Positions 27,358 through 35,367 of a stretch of DNA of 64,000 nucleotides are shown piece by piece. Where the stretch lies: NCBI GenBank assembly GCA_041660065.1, contig JBAZXC010000005.1, positions 292-64,291 on the forward strand, read 5' to 3'. The notes beneath the pieces were generated by a model, which was given only the letters and a program-made list of their open reading frames with translations, had not been told where the DNA came from and searched no databases. Source of the stretch: Parcubacteria group bacterium (GTDB lineage: Bacteria > Patescibacteriota > Minisyncoccia > Moranbacterales > GCA-2747515). The translations under genes and the position numbers were made by a program. How positions within the stretch are numbered: the stretch's first letter is position 1; the number at the start of each line of letters is the position of its first letter.

Positions 27358-30300
27358 TTACAGCGTTGTAACGCGTTTGGCTTCCTCAAGGGTTGTGGCG
27401 CCTTCAAGGACTTTGAGGAGAGCGTCTTGCTCCATGGTGAGCATGCCTTTTTCGATCGCTTTTTTCTTGAGATCTGCCATCATTGCGCCGTGAGCGATCA
27501 GTTCGCGCAAATCGTCGTCCATGATAAATACTTCCGATACGACGGTACGGCCTTTATACCCGATGCCATTACACTTTGGACATCCGCCCGGGATGAAGAT
27601 TTTTTCTGTCTGGGGGCGTGGAATTGCGACAACCGGTGAAATGCCTTCAAGTGTTTTTGTGATCATGATTTTTTCTTCTTCCGTTACCGGACGATCTTTT
27701 TTACATTCACAGAGCGTACGTACGAGACGCTGGGCGATAAAGGCATTGACGGCGGTAGTGAGGTCGTCAGTGCCAATGCCGAGGCGGATGAGGCGCTGTA
27801 CAGCACCAACGGCATCGTTGGTGTGAAGCGAAGAGATGAGGAGATGACCTGTAAGTGCGGCATTGACTGCTGTTTCCGCCGTTTCTTCATCGCGGATTTC
27901 ACCAACCAACATCACATCGGGATCTTGACGGAGGAGGGCGCGAAGTGCAGAAGCAAATGTATAGCCGGCCTTTTTATCGATCTGTGTTTGCAAAATACCA
28001 TCGAGCTGATATTCGATCGGATCTTCGATGGTGATGATCTTGATGTCAGGGTTGCTGATCTCACGCAAGACGCTGTACAGTGTTGTGGTTTTACCGGAGC
28101 CTGTCGGACCTGTGTTGAGGATGATGCCGTATGGTTTATGTGCTTGTGACATGATGCGGTCGAGATTGTAATCACGGATGCCAATTGTATGCAAGTCGAT
28201 GTTGACAGTTTCTCTGTTGAGGAGGCGCAACACAACTGTCTCGCCATAACCGCCGACGATGATCGAAACACGCACATCCACATGATTTTCCGTTGCATCT
28301 TCCTTTTCATAAAGAATGCGGAAACGACTGTCGGAAACACCTTGGCGAATTGTCGTAGGGATGTTGCTGATGACCTTGATCTTGCTGAGAAGAAGGGGGT
28401 AACTGATGATCGGCATATGGGCGATGGATTGCAATACGCCATCGACACGCATACGGATATCGACAAAATCTTCCTGCGGCTCAATGTGGATATCACTTGA
28501 TTTGAGCGTTGATCCATAGGCGAGGATCACGGGGAGAACATCATTGTCATCAGCTTTGTTGACACAGGCGTCGATGGCAGTAAAATTTTGCGCATTGGCG
28601 CCGGCAAGATTTTGGATCTCATTTTTGACAAAAATGCCATGTGCAAGAGATTGCGACATGAGGTCTTCATAAAGTTTTTCGATGAGTTCTCCTTCAGTCG
28701 TGACTCGCATAATCTCCTCGATCGTTGTTTGTCCTTTTAATGCTTTCAAAACACCATCTTGTGTCATCGTGACCAAACCGTCTTCAATTGCTGATTTCAT
28801 GATCTCAGTCTCACTTGCGAGATCAAGGATCATTTGTTCAATTGTGCTGGTCATGGTAAGAACCTCAAAAATGCCGATGCGACCCTTATAGCCTGTGTTA
28901 TGGCATTGATCACATCCGACAGCGCGATATATGGAAGTGATTTGTTTTGGGATTTCCAACTTTGCTTTTGGCGAAATGAGAGCTACCATTTTCATGAACA
29001 TCTCGATGGTCTCTTGCGCCGGCACGTATTGTTCTTTGCAGTTTTCGCACAGGGTACGCACAAGACGTTGTGCCATAAAGACATTTGTTGCAGATGGGAT
29101 GAGCGTTGGTTTGACACCGAGCTCCATGAGACGAGGGATCGTTGCAATGGCGTTATTGGTGTGTAGTGTGGAAAGCACGAGATGACCGGTGAGAGCGGCG
29201 TTCACAGCAACGTCAGCTGTTTCATCATCGCGGATCTCACCGACGAGAATGACATCAGGGTCTTGCCTCACAATTGCGCGCAATCCTCTGGCAAAAGTAT
29301 AGCCATGCTCTTTCGAAATTTGCGTCTGGGAGATGCCTTCGATCTGATACTCGATCGGATCCTCGATCGTGATGATCTTTGTCTCTGCCGTTTTGATGTG
29401 GTTGATAAGCGTATAAAGTGTTGTCGTCTTGCCGGATCCTGTTGGACCTGTTGTGAGAATCATGCCGGCATTTTTGGCGATATTTTTTTGGATATCCTCA
29501 AAGGCTTTTCCTGCGAGGCCGAGAGTATTGATGTCTACGGTAATGCTATCACTGCGCAAAAGACGAAGTACGATACCCTCAAATTCCTTACCCGGAATTG
29601 TGGATACACGGACATCAATTTGCGTCGTGCCATCAAGCTCAGAAGTAAAGTGACCATCTTGCGCCTCATCGCGGATATTGATCCGCATTTTGCTCATGAG
29701 TTTGATACGGTTGGTCAATAGTTTGTGCGTGTGATGTGGGATGGTGGTAATGTCTTGCAGTACACCATCGATGCGATAACGCATGTGCACAGATTCCTTT
29801 TGTGGTTCAAGATGAATGTCGCTTGCAAGAAGCTTGACTGCGCCGGAAAAAATAATATTGAGCACCTCGGTTGTGGGTAATTCGTCAATATTTTCTTTGA
29901 GTCGCAATAATTGTCCGAGACCTTGTTCAAATTCCTCGAGATCTTTTCCTGTAAGCGTTAGACGCATTGTGTCGATTGCGTCAATAAAATACGCATTTTT
30001 GTATTGACGCAGTAATTTTTCAAAAGAATCATGAGAGATCACAAACAGCTCCACGTCCCATCCTTTTGTGTCACGCAAATCTGCAATGAGTTGGTGAAGC
30101 TCGGGGTTTTCCGGATTAGGGCTGCCGAGTTTGAGAAATTTTCCTGATGAGTGGAACGCTGCAACCTGATATTGTTTGGCGACATCTTCTTTGATCGTGG
30201 AAACATCATCACTAGAGATTGGGGTGATGTTGAGATCGATATAAGGGAGGCCGAGTCTTTTTGCGGTGTAGGAAGCAAATTCTTCCTGACTTTTTGATTG

Positions 30301-30378
30301 GAGATGTTGCAGGGTGCGTTCGGTTTCTCTTGCGTGAAGTTTCTCGGCTTGCTCGTCAGGGTGTGTGATGATGACCAT
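27358..30378 (-). CDS. tandem-duplicated PilB/GspE-family secretion ATPase (two complete ATPase modules in one polypeptide)
   Basis: N-terminal T2SSE_N-like domain, then two full N2+CTD modules. Each has a Walker A ('LTTGPTGSGKTTT' / 'LNTGPTGSGKTTT'), Asp/His boxes, a tetracysteine zinc motif ('CENCKEQ...CDQCHNTGYKGR' / 'CECKKDR...CPKCNGIGYKGR') and a C-terminal 'EEIMRVT'-type tail. Confidence 0.85.
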   Translation of the reverse strand: MVIITHPDEQAEKLHARETERTLQHLQSKSQEEFASYTAKRLGLPYIDLNITPISSDDVSTIKEDVAKQYQVAAFHSSGKFLKLGSPNPENPELHQLIADLRDTKGWDVELFVISHDSFEKLLRQYKNAYFIDAIDTMRLTLTGKDLEEFEQGLGQLLRLKENIDELPTTEVLNIIFSGAVKLLASDIHLEPQKESVHMRYRIDGVLQDITTIPHHTHKLLTNRIKLMSKMRINIRDEAQDGHFTSELDGTTQIDVRVSTIPGKEFEGIVLRLLRSDSITVDINTLGLAGKAFEDIQKNIAKNAGMILTTGPTGSGKTTTLYTLINHIKTAETKIITIEDPIEYQIEGISQTQISKEHGYTFARGLRAIVRQDPDVILVGEIRDDETADVAVNAALTGHLVLSTLHTNNAIATIPRLMELGVKPTLIPSATNVFMAQRLVRTLCENCKEQYVPAQETIEMFMKMVALISPKAKLEIPKQITSIYRAVGCDQCHNTGYKGRIGIFEVLTMTSTIEQMILDLASETEIMKSAIEDGLVTMTQDGVLKALKGQTTIEEIMRVTTEGELIEKLYEDLMSQSLAHGIFVKNEIQNLAGANAQNFTAIDACVNKADDNDVLPVILAYGSTLKSSDIHIEPQEDFVDIRMRVDGVLQSIAHMPIISYPLLLSKIKVISNIPTTIRQGVSDSRFRILYEKEDATENHVDVRVSIIVGGYGETVVLRLLNRETVNIDLHTIGIRDYNLDRIMSQAHKPYGIILNTGPTGSGKTTTLYSVLREISNPDIKIITIEDPIEYQLDGILQTQIDKKAGYTFASALRALLRQDPDVMLVGEIRDEETAETAVNAALTGHLLISSLHTNDAVGAVQRLIRLGIGTDDLTTAVNAFIAQRLVRTLCECKKDRPVTEEEKIMITKTLEGISPVVAIPRPQTEKIFIPGGCPKCNGIGYKGRTVVSEVFIMDDDLRELIAHGAMMADLKKKAIEKGMLTMEQDALLKVLEGATTLEEAKRVTTL

Positions 30379-30523
30379 ATTTTTTGATTTTTTTATTTAC
30401 GAACAAAAAGGGATATAGCAATGATGAAAATCTGCAAAAATTACAAGAGACCATCATTATGTCACAGAATAAGATGTCCTTATTTTAGCAGTTTTTTTTG
30501 AGAAGTGAAAGCGATGAGGATGT

Positions 30524-31678
30524 TTAATTAAGAAGGGAGATATATGGCATAAGGAGATCACACATATCTGTATGGATTTCTTCTGTTGAATGTGCTGCAA
30601 GGGGTAGCTCGTAGTTATACTCTTCGAGAACCGTGATACCATCGAGCGTTTCTTCCAATGCAAGGTTTGCATTTTTTGTGTCGATCAACGCACAAAATGT
30701 GTGATCGTCATTTTCATACACGAGAAGAAATATTTTGCCTGATGGGTAATTTTGTTTCATTTTTTTCAAGATCGCGTGCAATTGGTGTTTTTCTGCTTTT
30801 GTCTGTATACGATCTTGATGTGTGATCGTTGAGATGACGATTTGTTTATGACAGGGCAGTGTGGTGAGATTTTTCATCGTGCGTCCCCACAATTGTAAGA
30901 GAGAGAAAGTCTGATTGCGATAGAGGTTGTGAATGATAATCTGCTGATCTGCGCCAAGCTCGATCAGGTGACTTGCTAGCGTCAATGCATGCGGTGTGGT
31001 GTTGTGATTTTGAAAACTGTTTGTTTCACTGATGATGCCGGCAAGGAGGCATTGCGCACAGGTTTTGGGAATTTTTGTGCTGGGTAATTTCTCGAGGACA
31101 TCACCGACAACTTCTGATACAGAGGATGCGACAGCATTGACGATATTCACTTGGCCATATTGTTCATTGGCACTTTTGTTGTCGATATTGATGATTGGAA
31201 TTTCATAAAAAATATCCGGCATATCATCATAGATCTTTCCCATGGATTCTTTTTCAATAGCACCAATGGCGATGATGATGTCATAGGGAAACTTGCCAGG
31301 GAGAAATGAAAAATCGCGAGAATCAACCATGCCATGCTCTGGTGTGATGCGAATATTGAGCGTGTCCTCACCCGGTTCTGTTTGTACATTGAGGATTTTG
31401 TTGTATTTTGTATTAAAAGAAAGGATGAGATCACGAGAGCCGGAGATAGAATGAACGATCGAAGAGTTTTTTGCACGGGGAAGAAAGTTGAGTGACGCAG
31501 TTTCTTCAAATGGATCGGAATAGGCAATTGTTGTGGTGATACTTTTTACCTCACAAAAATGCGTCAAAGCCAGGGCGCAACAAAACAAGTCATGCTTTGG
31601 GCTTTCCGGCAAAAGAATGAGGACGTGAGAACTGTTATTTAACAGTTTATCAAATTGTTTGACAACATCTTTGGACAT
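30524..31678 (-). CDS. DHH/DHHA1-family protein with degenerate catalytic motifs (NrnA-like, possibly inactive)
   Basis: Length and architecture resemble NrnA. Motif III reads 'INIDNKSAN' instead of IDHH, and the N-terminal DxD region reads 'PKHDL'. Confidence 0.5.
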   Translation of the reverse strand: MSKDVVKQFDKLLNNSSHVLILLPESPKHDLFCCALALTHFCEVKSITTTIAYSDPFEETASLNFLPRAKNSSIVHSISGSRDLILSFNTKYNKILNVQTEPGEDTLNIRITPEHGMVDSRDFSFLPGKFPYDIIIAIGAIEKESMGKIYDDMPDIFYEIPIINIDNKSANEQYGQVNIVNAVASSVSEVVGDVLEKLPSTKIPKTCAQCLLAGIISETNSFQNHNTTPHALTLASHLIELGADQQIIIHNLYRNQTFSLLQLWGRTMKNLTTLPCHKQIVISTITHQDRIQTKAEKHQLHAILKKMKQNYPSGKIFLLVYENDDHTFCALIDTKNANLALEETLDGITVLEEYNYELPLAAHSTEEIHTDMCDLLMPYISLLN

Positions 31679-31778
31679 GGCTGTTTGTCGTTTATTTAGG
31701 TGATATTACAGAGTATCAACGGATGATTGCTTTGTCAAACAATTGATTCTCCGGTCAAAATGTCGTATTCTATGAAGT

Positions 31779-32201
31779 ATGAAAACGATTATTTCAACGT
31801 CAATTGCGCAAACGCATGCATTTGCGCGAGATATTATTGAAAATTTGCCTGATAAAACCACCATAATTTGTTTGCAGGGTGAGCTTGGTAGTGGCAAAAC
31901 GACTTTAGCACAGGGGATTTTGGAGTATTGTGGTGCAGAGGGTCCGTATACCAGTCCGACATTTACGATCATAAAACAGTATGATATCGATGCATACGGC
32001 AAGAAGCGCGTATATCATATTGATACATATCGCATCGGCAGTCATGATATGATAGAATTGGGATGGCAAGAGATGATCAGCGATCGTCAAAATCTCATAA
32101 TTGTCGAATGGCCAGAGCGCATTGCCGATATTTTGCCGGCTGACGCGATAAAAATCTCGTGTGAATGGATCGATGAAAAAACGCGTAGGTATATTATGTA
32201 A
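31779..32201 (+). CDS. tsaE: tRNA threonylcarbamoyladenosine biosynthesis protein TsaE
   Basis: 'LQGELGSGKTTLAQG' P-loop, about 140 aa. Confidence 0.8.
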   Translation: MKTIISTSIAQTHAFARDIIENLPDKTTIICLQGELGSGKTTLAQGILEYCGAEGPYTSPTFTIIKQYDIDAYGKKRVYHIDTYRIGSHDMIELGWQEMISDRQNLIIVEWPERIADILPADAIKISCEWIDEKTRRYIM

Positions 32202-32240
32202 TCAGTAAATGAAAAAATGATAAATCACTAAGTAACATAT

Positions 32241-32987
32241 ATGAAAAGAACCATAGCGGCAGTTGTTTTGCTCGGTGGGTGTATGATCCTCACCGGATGT
32301 AAACAACAGGAAGCAACAACAGATCAATCACAACAAGAAACGCAGAAGGCTAAGGGATATATTGATACAATGGCAGCTGTCAATAAGTCGTCGCGCGAAA
32401 AGATTGCAAGTGCGACCGAAGCAGAAAACAAGAGGTTAAATGAAACATTATCAGCAGACAATAATTCACAAACAACTATGCAAAACGTTCCATCGCAGAT
32501 CAATATGGATCTCGCGCAAACATGTAAAAGCGCAACGATCAAAACAAGCAAAGGGGATATTACCGTGTCATTTCATAATGCAGATGCGCCGGTTACCGTG
32601 GCAAATTTTTGTACACTTGCGCAAAAAGGGTTTTATGACGGTGTAATTTTTCATCGTGTGATCAAAGATTTCATGATCCAAGGAGGTGACCCGACAGGCA
32701 CGGGTACAGGCGGTCCTGGGTACAAATTTGCTGATGAACTTCCACAAGCCGGTGCATACAAGATCGGCTCACTCGCAATGGCAAACGCCGGACCAAATAC
32801 CAACGGTAGTCAATTCTTTATCGTGACAGGGGACGCTGGTGTGGGCTTGCCACCACTTTATACGCTGTTTGGGGAAGTGACGAGTGGACTGGATGTTGCT
32901 CTAGCGATTCAAGGGGTACCAACCGGCGCACAAGACAAACCAGTCGATGATGTGGTGATCACAAGTGTTGATGTGAGTGTGCAATAA
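32241..32987 (+). CDS. cyclophilin-type peptidyl-prolyl cis-trans isomerase, lipoprotein
   Basis: Lipobox 'LTGC', a linker, then the cyclophilin core 'FHRVIKDFMIQGGDPTGTG...GSLAMANAGPNTNGSQFFI'. Confidence 0.85.
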   Translation: MKRTIAAVVLLGGCMILTGCKQQEATTDQSQQETQKAKGYIDTMAAVNKSSREKIASATEAENKRLNETLSADNNSQTTMQNVPSQINMDLAQTCKSATIKTSKGDITVSFHNADAPVTVANFCTLAQKGFYDGVIFHRVIKDFMIQGGDPTGTGTGGPGYKFADELPQAGAYKIGSLAMANAGPNTNGSQFFIVTGDAGVGLPPLYTLFGEVTSGLDVALAIQGVPTGAQDKPVDDVVITSVDVSVQ

Positions 32988-33030
32988 GTGAAATTGTAAG
33001 AATATAAAAACGACGTGTAGTGATTTTGCA

Positions 33031-33062
33031 GGAGCAGGTTTATAACCTGCTCCTTTCATTTT
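33031..33062 (+). terminator. intrinsic terminator, member of the GGAGCAGGTT-AACCTGCTCC hairpin family
   Basis: GGAGCAGGTT-tat-AACCTGCTCC followed by TTTCATTTT, downstream of the isomerase gene. Confidence 0.55.
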
Positions 33063-33169
33063 AGCGGTGAGTATTTATAAAAAGAATCTTGGTAAGTACT
33101 AAGAAAACTTATTAGAAAATAAAAACGACGCACAGTGATGCACGTCGCTCTTTTTTTTGAAAGTCAATA

Positions 33170-33925
33170 TTAATATTCTTGGCCGATCGACCACATGGTT
33201 TCAAAAATACTTTTCAGACTGGCATGGATCTTTCGACTCTCAATGATCAGTGCGAATTTTTCTTCAAAGGATAAAATGCTTACTTTGTCACTGCCATAGA
33301 TCATGATCTCTATCTCAATATTGAAAATGTCAGTAGACAGGCATCGTGATTTTTGTAAGAATTCTGAATTTGTTTTATCAAATGGACTTAATTTTTCACT
33401 TTGTGGCAATAGTTTTCTTACAGAAATCCTTTTTTTAATCCTCTCGGGAATAAAATATTCAGAGAAAAAATCTTCGTCAAAATTAGACGTATACGCATCA
33501 TAATACATGACGCAAATTTCTTTTTTGGGATAGTTGAGTGCATCTTTCAAGACCTCCTTTATCCCAGCGGTTTCTTCAAAATAGCGAATGGTCGGCTTTT
33601 TGTCGATGAAATTGGCAAAGGAGAGAAGTTGGGGCATGAGATCGGAAATATGTTTTTTTCTTTCGTCCATCACGCGTTCCAGATTGCGAGGGTCTTCAGA
33701 AAAATAATGGATTTTGCCACCTTTTTTGATGGCACTCATAAGGCCTTTTTTCATCAGGTTTTCCAATGAGAGATAGACCGTGGTTCTCTTGATGTCTGAT
33801 TTGGTAGCGATCCTGCTCACCGAGGCCTCGCCCAACTCCAAAGCGGCCAAATAGATTTTGGCCTCTGTTTCAGTGAGTCCGGCGTCTGATAGTTGTTTGT
33901 AAAGCATAGATGTAAATAGTGTCAT
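33170..33925 (-). CDS. TrmB-family transcriptional regulator
   Basis: N-terminal HTH 'LTETEAKIYLAALELGEASVSRIATKSDIKRTTVYLSLENLMKKGL' plus a TrmB-type C-terminal domain. Start ambiguous (GTG 33940, ATG 33925 or ATG 33907). Confidence 0.65.
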   Translation of the reverse strand: MTLFTSMLYKQLSDAGLTETEAKIYLAALELGEASVSRIATKSDIKRTTVYLSLENLMKKGLMSAIKKGGKIHYFSEDPRNLERVMDERKKHISDLMPQLLSFANFIDKKPTIRYFEETAGIKEVLKDALNYPKKEICVMYYDAYTSNFDEDFFSEYFIPERIKKRISVRKLLPQSEKLSPFDKTNSEFLQKSRCLSTDIFNIEIEIMIYGSDKVSILSFEEKFALIIESRKIHASLKSIFETMWSIGQEY

Positions 33926-34139
33926 CGGAAATGACAACACATTTATTATATCATATATACAAAAAAAGTCAATAAATAAGGTATTTTTATGATATTCTAA
34001 ATTATAATTTTGTCACACCAGGCATTTATAATGACAAAAGTCAATTTTTATGTTATACTACACAGTCAAGTTAAGAAAGAGTTTTGAGACTTGAGGATCT
34101 TTAAAAACTGAATGAAAATAATTCCCAAGGAGGAATAAA

Positions 34140-34514
34140 ATGGAAAGAATAGATCTGATTTATATGGAAGAAGAAGTACACGTTGTGTTCTCCCGCAACG
34201 GAAAGTATGAAATCACCTGCATGGGTGATTGTTGCGGGAGGAGAGAGCTCTTCTTTGAAGCAGTTAATAGACTGTTGAAAGGAGAGGAAAGGAAGTTGCT
34301 CATAATATGGGCAGCATATGTTCATGAGGATCTTGTGAAAAAACTCTTCTTGAAATTCAATGTTATAAAATCAGGTCAGTTCCACACCTGTAGAATTGGT
34401 GAAAAAGGTACATGCTATGCATGCAACATAGAGTTGGAAAAACGTATTGAAGCATCCTCGACAGAGGATATCAGAAATACACTTTTCAAAATAAAGTCCC
34501 TAGGACTTTATTAA
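34140..34514 (+). CDS. hypothetical Cys-rich protein
   Basis: 124 aa with 'CMGDCCGRR' and 'HTCRIGEKGTCYAC' cysteine clusters. Strong SD sequence AAGGAGGAATAAAATG. Confidence 0.5.
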   Translation: MERIDLIYMEEEVHVVFSRNGKYEITCMGDCCGRRELFFEAVNRLLKGEERKLLIIWAAYVHEDLVKKLFLKFNVIKSGQFHTCRIGEKGTCYACNIELEKRIEASSTEDIRNTLFKIKSLGLY

Positions 34515-34538
34515 ATCTCTGTAATGTTTACGTTCACA

Positions 34539-34573
34539 CCCCGCTGATGCAAATGCATCGGCGGGGTTTAATT
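34539..34573 (+). terminator. intrinsic terminator (copy 1 of a duplicated terminator)
   Basis: CCCCGCTGATGCA-aat-GCATCGGCGGGG hairpin followed by TTTAATT, preceded by 'acgttcacac'. Confidence 0.5.
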
Positions 34574-34581
34574 ATAAAAAT

Positions 34582-35235
34582 ATGGAATTAAAAATGGAAA
34601 ATTCAAAAAATAGAATAAATTGGTCGGAGATACTGAAGAAATATGGAGTACCAACAGTTTTGAAAGATAAATTGCTGAGACCGTATTTTGAAAAAGTTGA
34701 TGTGAAAGAGTCTATTTTAGATGTTGGTTGCGGTACGGGATATTTCTCGGGAATTCTATGTGCGAGGGGCTATAAAGTATCAGGAGTTGATCTGAATAGC
34801 CAATTGGAAAGCACTGATCGATTCGATTTTGATCAAGCGGATTTTGTCTCATTTGAAACGAACAAAAAGTTTCAAACCATCTTGTTGATCAACATCTTAA
34901 CCACCGTTCCTTTTTCAGATAGGATAAAAATCCTCGAAAAGATAAAAGAAATAAAAACTGAAGAAGGAATTGCTTATGTGGTCAACACCAATGCTGATTT
35001 GGTGGGAACTGATTTTAACTCAGAATCTCTTTCTAGCTATAGGCTGGCGGATGATAAAGTGAGACTTAAGGCCAAATTGGTCAATGGGAGGTCTATTGAG
35101 TTTGATGATTATGTAATCGGGAGAGAAGAAATGAAAGAAATGTGTGCAATGGTTGGTCTATATATTGTGGAGATAAAAGATTTCCAATCTGAAGAGATAG
35201 ACAAACCGATTTATGAGATGTATGTATTGAAATAA
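34582..35235 (+). CDS. class I SAM-dependent methyltransferase
   Basis: Motif I 'ILDVGCGTGYFSGILCARGYKVSGVDL'. Confidence 0.7.
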   Translation: MELKMENSKNRINWSEILKKYGVPTVLKDKLLRPYFEKVDVKESILDVGCGTGYFSGILCARGYKVSGVDLNSQLESTDRFDFDQADFVSFETNKKFQTILLINILTTVPFSDRIKILEKIKEIKTEEGIAYVVNTNADLVGTDFNSESLSSYRLADDKVRLKAKLVNGRSIEFDDYVIGREEMKEMCAMVGLYIVEIKDFQSEEIDKPIYEMYVLK

Positions 35236-35245
35236 TACGTTCACA

Positions 35246-35280
35246 CCCCGTTGATGCAATGCATCAGCGGGGCTTTTATT
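35246..35280 (+). terminator. intrinsic terminator (copy 2 of the duplicated terminator)
   Basis: CCCCGTTGATGCA-a-TGCATCAGCGGGG followed by CTTTTATTTTT, again preceded by 'acgttcacac'. Confidence 0.55.
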
Positions 35281-35367
35281 TTTAAAAGATGCAAAAAATT
35301 GCGAAGACTTTTTTGCACAATTGGTATAAGCACGCTATCATAAAAGTGTGCTTTTATAATATCTTCT

